DNA of 64,000 nucleotides from Fistulifera solaris (taxonomy: Eukaryota): the NCBI GenBank assembly GCA_030295235.1, contig AP026150.1, forward strand, positions 310,001-374,000. Reading direction: 5' to 3'. Both the position numbers and the translations under genes were made by a program. Every line of letters starts with the position of its first letter. Positions within the stretch are counted from its first letter, which is position 1. This document shows positions 48,493 to 60,344 of the stretch, piece by piece. The notes beneath the pieces are model-generated. The model saw only the letters and a program-made list of their open reading frames with translations. It did not search any database and was not told the origin of the DNA.

Positions 48493-49539
48493 TCAAATTG
48501 CAGAGGTCTGACGTACACGCTGCGGAGGGACAGCATAGACGGTCTTTCGAACAGGGATACATTGGTCTAAAGGCCACGCCGGAAGATCGGGGTGACCCAG
48601 GTTGGAAGGAGGAGCTGGAGCATAACCCGGACCGTCGAAGTAACTATCAATCATACATTCATCGGCTTCAGGAGGCTGGCAAACGTGATATCGAGATTCG
48701 CGTTTTTGAAATTGCACAATAAGCGGCACGCCCGTTGGAATGCGGAGCGATTCGAGCACTTGTAAAGCTGCAGGATTGTCTTCCACTTCACAAACAACAC
48801 CAAGCAATGTCCTGAGGGAATTCGCGTGGGCGACTACCAATCCGGTGGCCCCAGCTTCGGACGTTCCTTGCGCCGCATGATTCATCGCCAGTTTGTCTAA
48901 TGAAGGTACTAGTACGTCGTCTAGAAAGGGCCGAACTCGATTTTTCGCCACACACTCCAGACTCTCGCCCTTGGGAACATTTTCTATAGATCCACATAAA
49001 TGCGCATATTGTTGAATTTCGGCAAGGCGGCGAGGGTCATCGTCTGCTAAGGGCGGAGGAACTGCATACCAGCTTCTTCGCCACGCTTTCACGTCTTTCG
49101 GATCATGGCCATACAATCCGTCTCCCACATCCCGTTTCGATAGACCTTGCAAAGCGCCATAGTGTCGTTCATTGAGTCGATAATCTGACACAACAGGTAT
49201 TGAGACTCGCTTCTCTCTTTCATATTCATCTAAGCAATACGTAGCGGTTTCTTGTGCACGGTGCAAGATTGAAGTGAAACAAATGTCAATTGGATAGGAA
49301 TAACTCGCTGCCTGCTCACCCGCAGCCACTGCTTCTTCATGACCTTTCCGACTCAATGGCACATCCGTCCAACCAGTAAATATTTCTTCATAGCCAGGCA
49401 TTCCTCCGTTCCAAATAGAATCCCCATGGCGACAAAGAAGCAGTGTATGCGTGGGATTGACGGAATGAGAATCGGCTTTCCTGGCTCTCTTCGCTAATAA
49501 GAAACCAGCAACCGCAAGAGAAGGCGATATCAGTTTCAT
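48493..49539 (-). CDS. dPGM-type phosphoglycerate mutase / histidine phosphatase
   Basis: LLLCRHGDSIWN..FTGWTDVPLS, RLNERHYGALQG, WRRSW..PPP, VVAHANSLR, IPTGVPL. Confidence 0.88.
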   Translation of the reverse strand: MKLISPSLAVAGFLLAKRARKADSHSVNPTHTLLLCRHGDSIWNGGMPGYEEIFTGWTDVPLSRKGHEEAVAAGEQAASYSYPIDICFTSILHRAQETATYCLDEYEREKRVSIPVVSDYRLNERHYGALQGLSKRDVGDGLYGHDPKDVKAWRRSWYAVPPPLADDDPRRLAEIQQYAHLCGSIENVPKGESLECVAKNRVRPFLDDVLVPSLDKLAMNHAAQGTSEAGATGLVVAHANSLRTLLGVVCEVEDNPAALQVLESLRIPTGVPLIVQFQKRESRYHVCQPPEADECMIDSYFDGPGYAPAPPSNLGHPDLPAWPLDQCIPVRKTVYAVPPQRVRQTSAI

Positions 49540-50006
49540 GGTTAAAGACACGCCTCGAAGGACATGAACATGACGAAAGTAAAGAGTCAAGAGTCCGAAA
49601 CAAGGAAATTTTCCCTCGTTTCGAGAACGAATGTTTTTGCAAAGAACAAACACATCTTGGCTTTTGGATATGGGTGTCAGATTTTTCTCGATGACATCAC
49701 AAAACGATGACGGAGTATACGACAAATATGTACGAAACCGTGGGACTCGGGTAGATCCGTACAAAGGCGTGATGTCAATATTCAATGCCGAGACGAACAA
49801 TAGTTTCAGAGACAGAACTGAGATTAAAAGAAGACGGTGAAGTTAGGTATATCTGATCAGCACATGGTTGCAGGTTACAGCGCTCGACCTTACTAACCTC
49901 TTGGAACTCTATTCTTTTGTTTGTATTGAAAAATACGCTTTCCGTGGAACATCTTCTCCAATGTCGGGAAGTTCACCTTTGGACTAGCAGAGCTAAACTG
50001 CGACAT

Positions 50007-50537
50007 TCAGTTACCGTGCTTCCGCTCATCCATTCGCCTCGCGAGTGCATTGGCTTTCTTCAAAACACAACTTCCGAGCTTCCGTTGAAGATCCATACAA
50101 GCAATGTCATCTTCACTAGTACGTTCGTAGCTCGTTCTTGTCTCTGAAAGAATTGCGTCATCTCCTTTCTCTCTGAAACAATTTCTCAGCTGCACCAAGT
50201 CAGCTCCACATTGAAGAGCAACAGCTCGACAGGCCCATAACGCGTGTTCTTCGCGAATACAGTTTGGCTCGCCTTTGTGTCGCCAATCAAAGTAACGAAG
50301 CATCCGAATTCCCAAAGGAAAATCTTCCAATTGATTTCGTTCCAAGTTTTTCTGTCGACACGTTTTCAAAAGATCATCCAGTTGACGGCAAGTTTGTAAG
50401 CGATCCAAGCGTTGATCTTCGGTCCACCGTAAGATAGACTTTGGGAGAATAGATTCGAACCACTCGCTATCGGAAGGCAATCTTTTCTTTGGGTCGCCTT
50501 CGCTTTGAGTATGAGAGAGTGATTCCTTCGGTGCCAT
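50007..50537 (-). CDS. Hypothetical protein with four CX9C motifs (CHCH-like)
   Basis: CRQLDDLLKTC, CIREEHALWAC, CGADLVQLRNC, CMDLQRKLGSC. Confidence 0.7.
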   Translation of the reverse strand: MAPKESLSHTQSEGDPKKRLPSDSEWFESILPKSILRWTEDQRLDRLQTCRQLDDLLKTCRQKNLERNQLEDFPLGIRMLRYFDWRHKGEPNCIREEHALWACRAVALQCGADLVQLRNCFREKGDDAILSETRTSYERTSEDDIACMDLQRKLGSCVLKKANALARRMDERKHGN

Positions 50538-50848
50538 TTAACGTTGCGTCAATGTGAAATGCTATATTTGTCGAGTCAATGTTCGATGGCAATGCACAAA
50601 AATCAGTGCCGTTTCGTTGCGAAGAAAAGCCGATGGTCGTCGTTCTGTCCGTCGGTGCGCTGTGCGCTTTTACAAGTACATTCGACAATGGAACGAAGAA
50701 GTACCTGGTATGGTTGCCGAAGGGACGCAATGCACGACCTGTATCAACATTTGGAATCACGGATGGCTTATGCATGATGCCGATGTTGACTCACGTAGAA
50801 GCATAGCGCCAAGACTATGTAGCAATATGATAAATGTTTACAAAGAAA

Positions 50849-51549
50849 CTAAATCAGTTTATATAGAGTCCCTTGTTTTGCTTCCCATTCGTCAAGTTGA
50901 GCCAAATGAGAGGCTAGTTGTCGCAATGGGCGCGAAATGGAGGCAGATCGCTTCCGAATCATTTCCGAAGCATACTCTGTCCCCCACAAACCTTTTTCCT
51001 TGAGTTGCGCTTGCAAGGAAAGAGTAATGCGGATATTCTCCTTTCGCAAAAAATTCAACCTGTTTACAACATGTCGCTCTAATCCGCGACAATCGTTTTC
51101 GGAAACGCACGATATGTGACACTTCACGCTCATCTTTTGCTTCCCTCCAATTCTTTGTGGGTATCCATCAGAGCACGAATAGAGGAACTATAGCTAGGTG
51201 ACTTGGCAAGAATCTGAGCGGCATGATACCTTTGCCTCTTTTGCATCCTTAGCAGTTCTTCCTGACTAAGCCATTGGTTGTCTTCTTGTGTAGCAGGTTC
51301 TGAGACGTGCACTTTTACGTCAATCGTTTCGTATTTTCTTGCGTCAAAGTGCACACGATGTCGTTTCTTTCCGCAAGGAGGTACACACTCCTCTTCCTTT
51401 CGCTCCGAATGAAAGATAGGCTGGTTGGGAAGGCAGATCACGTGCATCATCTTCGCATCGAACAGAGAGGGAGAGTAATGACCCATCGGCCCCCCGAAGC
51501 TGGACGTCATCAACCTCGGGGATAAGATGACTTTTGTTGCTCCAGCCAT
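50849..51549 (-). CDS. Diatom-type hypothetical protein (RVxF...W.S.EE...CRGLE family); apparent frameshift at A-run ~51135
   Basis: RVHF...WLSQEE in ORF 51130-51717 continues into DCRGLE...SASISRP.RQLA..LAQLDE in ORF 50849-51133 after adding one A. Confidence 0.6.
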
Positions 51550-52482
51550 TAGAATTAGACCGATGATTCGCTTAATGAGAATCGACAAGTAACTAATGCT
51601 TCGTAGCAACGTGAATGAAAATTGAAGCGGAACGAATTTTGGCGGGAGGCAAATGCAAATAGCATCCACCGGCGTCGCGGGTTGCCAACCCGACAAAAAA
51701 ACAGTCATCGACGACAAAGAAAGACTTGCTCCGTAGATCTATTACTACGTATTATAGGAATGAAAGGGACTCAATCGTACACTATTGAGCTATTGCCAAG
51801 TTTATCAAACATTCCAGTGAAAGTTAAGACCACCGGCTTCCGATTTGCGATGCAGAACATGAGCAATTGTTGTAAATTCTAGATTAGCTAAAAAAAATAG
51901 AAAAAAGGTCTGTTCGTGACGTTGATAATTCAAGTCGTAAATCGTTGCACATTACTGGTAAGTGGTAAGCGTTAACTCAAGAATCATGAAGTACCTGGTA
52001 CTGCCTACTGCCCCGTGCCACCTTCTACTGTTTTCTACTTTCTTGATTCTTGAGTGACCTTTAGTAAGTCAAGATTGCTGACATCACGGTACATAGTACT
52101 GAAGATGATACATATTTTTGACCTTGGGTCAGTCCCTAACCACTTTCATTTATTACGGAACGGCGTCCACGGTCCACAAGCATCTCTCGTCTCTCGTCAC
52201 TCGTTCTACTGTTATTGTAGCTTGTAGCTAGTTGCGCTCCCTGCTCCCTAGCTAAACTATGGCTCCCCTAGATTTAGAGGGAAAGTTTTGTGAAATGCAG
52301 AGTGCAGAGAGGTGACACAAACCTATGCAAGCTGACAAGACACCAAGAAGCTCAGTCCTATCTCGAATGGCTAGAGGCTTATTAGCATTCAACAGTCTCA
52401 ACTTCTTTAACATGAGTTGTTTTGAATAAATCACTTTACAAATAACCGCTACACTAGCTATGCTGAATATATTGATTTACAA

Positions 52483-52791
52483 TCAATCGCCTTTCCGACG
52501 TTCCGAGTTGCACCTTTTCGAGCAGCAAGTCACTTCGTCCCAGCAGCGTTCCCACTTCTTCCTCCACGAGAATGGTCTTTTGCATACTACACATATCTTG
52601 GATGGTAGATTTTCCTTACTGATTTTCTTCTTGGTATCGTTACCCCTGCCTCGAGCGTTAACAGCAGTTCCGAAAAAGGAGCGAGAAATGACGGACGGAA
52701 TGAAACATGCCGAATGGTGCAATCGTCCTTCTGTCAGCGTAATTCTCAGGCAGACCAAACTAATGCAAATCAGGTGATGTACCTTCCGCAT
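52483..52791 (-). CDS. DUF2256-family small Cys-rich protein with N-terminal presequence
   Basis: KENLPSKICVVCKRPFSWRKKWERCWDEVTCCSKRC; exact start uncertain. Confidence 0.8.
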   Translation of the reverse strand: MRKVHHLICISLVCLRITLTEGRLHHSACFIPSVISRSFFGTAVNARGRGNDTKKKISKENLPSKICVVCKRPFSWRKKWERCWDEVTCCSKRCNSERRKGD

Positions 52792-53045
52792 GATTTGAAC
52801 AGCAGTTGATGAAAGAGCCCGCATTAATTTTATCGCTTTTTGAGGTTGCAGCAACAAATGAATGTGATAAGCACATTATTTCATTGAAAGTACCGCTGTG
52901 ATTGCATATTATCAAGAACACGTTCTCTACTGGGTATGAATCATCATCATCGCGCTTTCTAATTAAGCTAGGAAAGTCACGATACCTGGTAAACACGGAA
53001 CACGAAAAAGTAAACTTCCTGTGATGTTCAAAAAATGATTCTGGT

Positions 53046-53870
53046 TTATTCTGCAAATTTAATGCTGCTAATGTAAGATAGCTTGGGATAAGTGCTTTCG
53101 AGGTAGGCATTACCTCTCATTTGAATCATGCCCTGATTAGGGCCTGGACCTCGGGGTGCCCCTTCCCCATAACCAGCGTAGAACCTGTCTACAACATCCA
53201 TTCCGCTGATAACTTTTCCAATGGGAGAGAAGCCTTGTTTGTCGAGAAACGAGTTATCCGCCGTGTTGATGAAAAGTTGTGTCGTTCGGGAGTTTGGACC
53301 GGCAGTTGCAAAAACAACGGTCCCTCGCGAGTTTGATACTTTGACTGGATCGTCTAAAAGACTCTTACTTCTCCATTCGGCTTGGATACTGGGGTTACCT
53401 TGTATTCCAAACTGAGCCACAAATCCAGGCAAGACGCGAAAAATACGACAGTCCTTGAAAAACTGGTTTTCTGTGAGCTCCATAAATCGAGCCACTCCGC
53501 GAGGAGCCCAGGACGGTTCGAGCTGTAATTGAACGATTCCGGATTTACTGGGATCGCCTTCCAGATTGCTTATGGTGATTTCCACAATTTTTCCAGAAAG
53601 TGTTTCTTGTTCAGCCGAAACCAGTGCTGGCGTAACGACCGCGCCGATCGTCGCAATACGACGAAGCAATCCAAAGAACTGACGGCGTTCCGTCTTACGA
53701 CCATTTTCGGCTTGAAGAGCGGTATTGCAAAAAGAAACGAGGTTTCTAGGGGCTGAACTTGTCGTCGAATGCGGGGCAAATGCATTTACTTGCCATCCGA
53801 GAGACACGATTGCGGATGTTGCTAGAAAAGCTAGCATCTTCCAGTTGCGAATGCGGTAATTGAGGGACAT
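53046..53870 (-). CDS. Cyclophilin-type peptidyl-prolyl isomerase, plastid-targeted
   Basis: WAPRGVARF.EL, FRVLPGFVAQFG, FATAGPNSRTTQLFIN..DNSFLDKQGFSPIGKV; signal peptide ending VNA-FAP. Confidence 0.92.
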   Translation of the reverse strand: MSLNYRIRNWKMLAFLATSAIVSLGWQVNAFAPHSTTSSAPRNLVSFCNTALQAENGRKTERRQFFGLLRRIATIGAVVTPALVSAEQETLSGKIVEITISNLEGDPSKSGIVQLQLEPSWAPRGVARFMELTENQFFKDCRIFRVLPGFVAQFGIQGNPSIQAEWRSKSLLDDPVKVSNSRGTVVFATAGPNSRTTQLFINTADNSFLDKQGFSPIGKVISGMDVVDRFYAGYGEGAPRGPGPNQGMIQMRGNAYLESTYPKLSYISSIKFAE

Positions 53871-54558
53871 GTTTGTAAGCTGACAGAAGAAAGGAACCGT
53901 GGAGGGAGATTAGTTAGCAGAAAGAAATGCCGGCAAAGTAAAATCCTGTATTCGATTTCGTTTTTTCTCCGCCGTCAGTTGCTTTCAGTGAGCTGGCCTT
54001 GGTTGACAAAGTGAAGATCGAGTTTTTGAGAGCGATGACGACCACACTCTGCGCTTTTGCGCGCACCTTCATCTCGAAATGCAGATGAAAGCCTTTTCCC
54101 ATTTTGATTTGGCCTTATGGAAGGGAGTATTCTAGAGGAAATGTACTGATTGTGTCTCCAAACATGTTCTGGTATATGTCCTCAAGTACCGCAGTATAGA
54201 GTTCGACCATGGGTTTGTGTGTTATACGGAGTAGGTCCTTGATGGAGGGTAGAGGACTACCGGTACCGGTACCCATCAACTGGAACCCTTAACCCTAAAA
54301 CACGAGACATAAGAACCTCGCAAGAAAAAAGATCTATACTACTACTAACTGTACCCTGGTACCTAGTCCTGAAACATCACAGCAAAAATGACCAACCATG
54401 ATGATGAATGATGAATGAACCACGAGTTTTACTCCGGAGTACAACATTTTGGAGAACGATGTTCGCATCAATGACTAGTTAAGATTCAGCTATTCTTTCG
54501 TCTTTTCACAAATATACGCAACTGATTGCCATCTTTGCACAGTTCATCAGGAAAAATC

Positions 54559-55602
54559 ATGAAGATATACCAGTTACTCCTCCTTCCTTGCTTCGTGCAG
54601 TCCTTTGTCGTCCCGAAGCGAAAGCATGTGAGACTTGCCCATCAAATAAAGCACACGTCTTCGCTGCCGAGTCAAACATCCCTCTATAAACAGAAACGGA
54701 TGAATACAAGAACAAGCAAGGCAACCAAACTGAAATTGCTACCTTCTATCACGGAACTGGGAGAGTCGCTCTTTTCGTATACCGGAAATGTTCCATTCTG
54801 GCAAGCTTTTGGCTTGAATGCCATTTTATTTGCCCTCCTTTCGAAAAAAATTACTCAAGTCACTCACACCGGAGGGTTTTGCGCACTCTTTTGCTCTGGG
54901 AACGTTGCTGTGGACCACACTCGGATGGCGAGGATGGTCGCTGTGCGTGTTGTATCTCGTAGCCGGAAATCTGGTCACGAAGGTGCGGTTCGCGGAAAAG
55001 GAAAAGCGTGGTCTAGCAGAGAAACGGGGTGGTCGACGTGGACCGGAGAATGTGTGGTAAGTGGCTACAGACGAGCATTGTTTCCATTGTACCAAGTTTT
55101 ACACTAACGCCTCAACAGGGGATCCGCCTTGACGGCTCTGGTTTGTGCTTCATGCTCCATTCAAGGGCCGTCTTTTCTCGGTATCTCGTCGGACTTGTAC
55201 GTGATTGGGTTTGTGGCATCCCTTGCTACCAAATTGGCGGATACATTTGCTTCAGAGATCGGTAAAGCCTACGGGAAAACGACATTCCTCATTACGAACT
55301 TACAGCGCGTGGAACCTGGTACAGAAGGGGCTATCTCCGCAGAAGGAACGGCAGCAGCTGTAGGAGGCGGACTTTTGCTTGCGCTGTATGGATGGGCAAC
55401 CTCTTTAATATCGGGACCGGCGGTTCCTATTGTAACAACTGCTGCGTTCATTGCTACGAACATTGAAAGTGTGTTAGGGGCGACATTACAGGAAAAGAAA
55501 GGGCTCGAATGGGTGACGAATGAAATAATCAACGGCCTTAATACACTGATAGGAGCCATAATAGCTATCGCTGCAACGATGCTGGTAATAGGATCTTCCT
55601 GA
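54559..55602 (+). CDS. VTE6: DUF92/TMEM19 membrane protein, VTE6-like phytyl-phosphate kinase (intron 55057-55118; apparent frameshift at A-run 54844-54850)
   Basis: LTPEG..H...LG, KEKRGLAEKRGGRRGPENVWGSA, SLATKLADTFASEIGKAYGKTTFLIT..VEPGTEGAISAEGT; bipartite presequence (VQS-FVV). Confidence 0.8.
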
Positions 55603-55640
55603 AAGGCGCTAGTAACTGTATAATGCAATAACTGTAACCA

Positions 55641-56590
55641 CTATTGACTAGTGATCTTCCGTTTCTTTGGCGGATCATCTTCTACTTCACTGTCATCATC
55701 GGCGACTATTTCGTCATCGTCTTCTTCTTCCGACGAAGATTCTTGATCCCAATTCTTTTCGGTTTCAACAGAAAATCATCTTGCAAAGCATTCCAGTTTT
55801 GCTTCTTTTCCGATGTTTTGTTCACCTCTTCTTTCTTCTCGTCTGATTTACCCAACGATTTTGCTTTAGCTTTAATCATATCCAAGAAGCCATGCTTTGT
55901 CATCTTACGAACGGGCTCATTCTTCGGGTCAGCGGCGGAGTCTGTCGCATCGCCTGTTTTGTTTTGATGCTGCGAAATCGCGTTGAAAAGCGCAACCACA
56001 CCACGGGTTGCGACGCGGCGAAGCACACGTTCTTGTTCCAATTCTTTTGATATATTACTTTGTGTTCCACTTTTTCCCGGATTAACAAAAGTAGATAAAG
56101 ATGCAACCGACAATGGCTCGTGAAAAGCTACCAATCGCTTTTCTCGGTTCGCTTGTCGCTTTTCTCTCATCTCCTTTTCTTTCTGTTTCTCCTCCTCAGC
56201 GAGCTTTTGAATGGGAGTTTTTGTTTTACTGAGAATCGCCGATTGTGAGTTTCCGGTGACAGTTCCCAAAATCCTAGCCATCGCACTCGCCATTCCTTTG
56301 GACCGCCGATCGAGTTCTTGTTCTTCCTCTGAGTCGTCATCACTCGAATCAGATTTCTCTTGACGAGTCTGTGATGGGCTGTCGTTGCTTTGCTCGTCAG
56401 CATCATACTGATCATTTTCTACATTCCTTTTCGATCGTTTAGTGGGCATTACTACCTCCTCATCGTCGCTACTTTCATTCGGGTCGTCTTCATCTTCGTC
56501 GCTGGATCCTGCAAATCGGTCCAAATCCTTTTCATCAACTTCTACTACTTCTCGCTTCCGCTTTGCCGCTGGTTTCTTTTTACCACCCAT
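55641..56590 (-). CDS. RRP15: Ribosome biogenesis protein Rrp15-like (apparent frameshift ~55757)
   Basis: MASAMARIL, ILSK, ERVLRRVATRGVVALFNAI, K.GFLDMIK, WNALQDDFL; corrected end KKNWDQES...SQ* at 55641. Confidence 0.88.
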
Positions 56591-57162
56591 CTTTAACAAC
56601 GTTGCTCTCGTGCAATCCGATTTGTGCGCAAGTGTATTGCTTGCGCAACTTAAAAATGCCGTCTATCGAAGGAACGTTTTTCTTTTTCTTTGGTGGTTTG
56701 CTCGTGAGTTGAATGGAGAAGGGGGAAAGCGCACAACGGCAAGACGCATTTTTGGTCTCATGACTGGAATATGCAGTCGTGGTAAAAGGGCTTGGGCCTT
56801 GGCTTAGGTCAAAAGACTAATAAACGTGGAAGAGAACGATCCGAGTTGTTTTTTTCAATATTTTTTAGTATTTTTCTTGCCATCAGGCAGGAATATTCAT
56901 TTCCAAGACATTCGTAACGTCACAATATTACAAAAGCTGCTGAGAAATAGACTCTAGACGATGATACTGCTACCATACCAGTGCTTTTCACGTGTCCGAC
57001 TTGCGCTGCTTGGAATTTATCTTTAGTGGGACCGTTAACACAACCAACACGGCGATATCGTTACATTCCGGGCCATTCTATAGAATAGGGATGATTGCAC
57101 TAAAGTACTCAACATCATTGACAAAAAAAGGATCAGATGGTTTCCACTCAGTGCATAAAATC

Positions 57163-58850
57163 TTATTCTTCGATTCTTTTCGCCGCGGATCGGCCACTCT
57201 CTTCTAAGATGTCATCCCAGGGAGCAGCGCATTGTAAGCTCAAGATTGAGATCAAGAGAAAAGACGATACGGCAACGACTGCATATGTTTGGTTCACATC
57301 AGCTTCGACGAGAATGGTAAAGATCAAAGGAGGCAACCATGATAAAATTTGGGTACAGTAGACGTAAAAGCCAGCCAGTTCCTTAACGCAACAGAAGGAT
57401 CAGGTCAGGTGGTTCGCCACAGCACAAATGCTACCTGTTTCAAACGTACCGCTTCGTGGTCTTTTGGAAGGATCATTGAGAAAAAGAGATTCTCGGTGGG
57501 ATAAAACCAACCGAGATACAACCCAATCCCCGCTCCCCATAGATAGGACAAACTTTTTGGGATATAATCAAGCAGAATCGCACCGCCAGACGCAAACAAC
57601 ATCAAAGACAGCATACACAGCTGCCACGAAGTATTTGGATTTGTTTGAGCAGTGACGAAAGCACCAATTTTCGATCCGGGGAGAGAAAAGCAACGTCACC
57701 AAGAAGAACAGACCGATCTCTGTCCCGCTCAACCCGATCTGTTCGTCTAGAAAGACGACAGCTACCGTTGTAAACGCATTCACAGCAGATTCGGCAAAAA
57801 TTAGTGCCGCAAAGTAACACCGTAATCCCCGTTTGTAGTGTTGTTGTATTTCTTTTGCCGTATGATACACGCGTGAGAATCCTTCCGTCAGAAGCAACCT
57901 TCCTTCGGGTAGCACGTGACGCGGAGGCACATTCGGCAGCAATCGCCAACCCCAATAAAAGAATGATCCCGTCCACACGACATCAATCCCTTGACTAACC
58001 TGTGCCGTGTTGACATCATCCAAGCCCGAGGCAATCGAAATAGCGATCACGACGATCAAGAATAAACATTGTGCTCCAAACTGTGTCATGGTGAAAAGCG
58101 CTGTTTCTGAAAATGAAAATGGTGACTCATTTGAGTTCGGTGTGCTGTAGCTGTATCCTTTTTGGTATTAAAAAAAAGAACTGCGATAACTTACGTTGTG
58201 TCATGATTTGCTGCCCGACGGTTGTCGCAATTTCTGGAAGATAGGCATACACGGCCAGCACTTGCACCTGATACAGGAATCCCGCGAGCGCCTGTAGCAT
58301 CGCCATGGGAAACCATGTCGAAGACACGGTATAAATTTGCACCGCCTGGATGAGTATCATTAGCACGGCAACACATATCCCCACCTGTCGTCGAAACGAT
58401 GTGTAATCGATCATGGCCCCCGCCAGGGGCATGAACAGAGCCGATAAGACTCCCGTCATGATAGCAATGTTGGAAATTAGAGAAATGGGCTTGAACCCGT
58501 ACACCTTTTTGTCGCAATCGTCCACGACTTCATCGCGTTCCTCATTTAGACAACCTGCTTCTTCGGAAGCCAGCAAGATCAAGGACGTTGATAGAAAGAT
58601 GTTGGACATGACGAGAGCCCCTCGACCAATACCAAGCTAAAGAAGAAGAAGAAAATCATGAGGAAAATAGTATTGAGATGCTTGTAACAATGCTGTTGTT
58701 ACATACCGTGCAATAACCCCTGGACATGGTCACATTGTCGAACTTGTACCAGGGTATCTTTTTCACTGAGTCTCCCTCCTCCACCATTTCGACATTCCTC
58801 GGACCATCGTCAATGGAAACGTTCATCTGTTTATCAATATCAGTTGTCAT
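57163..58850 (-). CDS. MFS transporter, Atg22/UMF1-like (introns 58637-58706, 58107-58194, 57382-57449; apparent frameshift ~57680)
   Basis: Multiple TM helices; PLAGAMIDYTSFRR, AYLPEI, ELAGFYVYCTQILSWLPPLIFT; introns join in frame. Confidence 0.75.
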
Positions 58851-59251
58851 GCTTTTTATGATGAGGAGTCTTTTTGTTACTGGTTTTAGATGCAATGTAT
58901 TATTATTGCATCGAGAAATAATAATAAAGAAACCAAATGACATTGTTTCGCGCGTGCACGCAATGTTTATTATTATTGTAGGGGGTGTCACACTCGTTTT
59001 GTGCTATGGAGATTTATATTGACCGAATTCGAACCGGTTTTGGAACCGACCAGCTACGAGCTACGACCTACGACCTCCCTTCGAACTCGCTCCAAACTTG
59101 TGATCCAGATCATTCGTTACTCAAAAAAACAATAACACAAAACATGGCTCCGTAGTAGTAGTTTTATTTGCAATCCAACAAAGCCCTGTTATTGTTGTTG
59201 TTCATATTATTAAGTTGCAATTTATTTTGAATTCAAATCAAGTTTTTTGAC

Positions 59252-59821
59252 ATGCCGTCTCATCGCTGTTCTTCTTTGTTTCTCGTGCTATGGATCAGTA
59301 GCGGTGCATCAGTCCTTTCCTTCACCCCGTCCGATCCTACGCCGTGTCGTTCTTTCACTCGGTTGTTTGCCATCAAAGTCACCATGCGCATGGTCGGCAA
59401 ACGAAAAGCGGAGAACTGGCTCGAAGAGGGTTGTGATATGTACGCGAGTCGATTGCGGTCAGCCGGTATTGATTGGGAGACGGTCATGCACAAGAGCGAC
59501 GAAGCGCTGACCCAAGGTGTGGAAGGAGATCTGAGCAAAGGACATGCGGTGGTGTTACTGGATCCTTTCGGGAAGCAATACAAAAACAGTGATGAGCTGG
59601 CATCGTCGGTGTACGACTGGTTCGAAGTCGGCGGAAGTCGACTTTCGTTGGTGATTGGAGGAGCCGAAGGACTGCCCAGTGAAGTGAAGAGCTTGGTGGG
59701 GATTTTGGGGCTGTGGAGTTTGTCTCATTTGACGCTTCCCCATCAACTCGCTCGTCTTGTAGTGATGGAACAAATTTATCGTGCGAGCGAGATACGGAAA
59801 GGGTCGAGCTATAACAAGTGA
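59252..59821 (+). CDS. rlmH: 23S rRNA m3Psi1915 SPOUT methyltransferase RlmH, probably plastid-targeted
   Basis: VVLLDPFGKQ..S.ELA, LVIGGAEGL, WSLSHLTLPHQLARLVVMEQIYRA.EI.KGS.Y.K; signal-peptide-like N-terminus (VLS-FTP). Confidence 0.92.
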   Translation: MPSHRCSSLFLVLWISSGASVLSFTPSDPTPCRSFTRLFAIKVTMRMVGKRKAENWLEEGCDMYASRLRSAGIDWETVMHKSDEALTQGVEGDLSKGHAVVLLDPFGKQYKNSDELASSVYDWFEVGGSRLSLVIGGAEGLPSEVKSLVGILGLWSLSHLTLPHQLARLVVMEQIYRASEIRKGSSYNK

Positions 59822-59894
59822 TCATTTCGCACGACGCACTTCAGAAAAAATATCCTTTCGTTTCGTGTACGATGTGGAAGAAGACAATTTCAAC

Positions 59895-60130
59895 AATCCG
59901 TCGGGAAAGAACATCAATACAGTGATGAGATTACGTTGTCGTTCAGTAACTAGTCTGGAAGTCAGTGGTCGTTTTTGTTTATTGGAGGAACTGAAGCCCG
60001 CCCAGCGAAGTAAAATGATAGGTTGGACTTTGAGACCGTGGAAAATATCACATTGATGCTTCCTTGCCAATCGTTTGTCCTTTGGCGGCGAAGATTGCGA
60101 GAGCGAGATACGATAATGGTCGAGTAACCA
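59895..60130 (+). pseudogene. Decayed tandem copy A of the rlmH 3' half
   Basis: Collinear matches ACAGTGATGAG, ATTGGAGGA, GCCCAG.GAAGT, GAGCGAGATACG, GGTCGAG; many indels and stops. Confidence 0.7.
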
Positions 60131-60344
60131 CAATTGGTGAATACGGACGACGCACTCAATGAGATGCAACGTGTGTCTTCGAATAATGATCCAGTTGTCG
60201 ACATCCCATGGTGCGACCAGGTCTTGAGTGAATAGCAGCGGTGATGTGGCGTCATCTTTTACACCTACGAAGTAGCTCTTCAACGAGGCTAGTTGTGAAA
60301 CGAGTTATGAGCAATCGACATGTAGTGATACTAGATTTTTCTGA

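Noticed and set aside
54284..54298. AACCCTTAACCCTAA as an interstitial telomere
   Set aside because: Only two imperfect units; too short to support.
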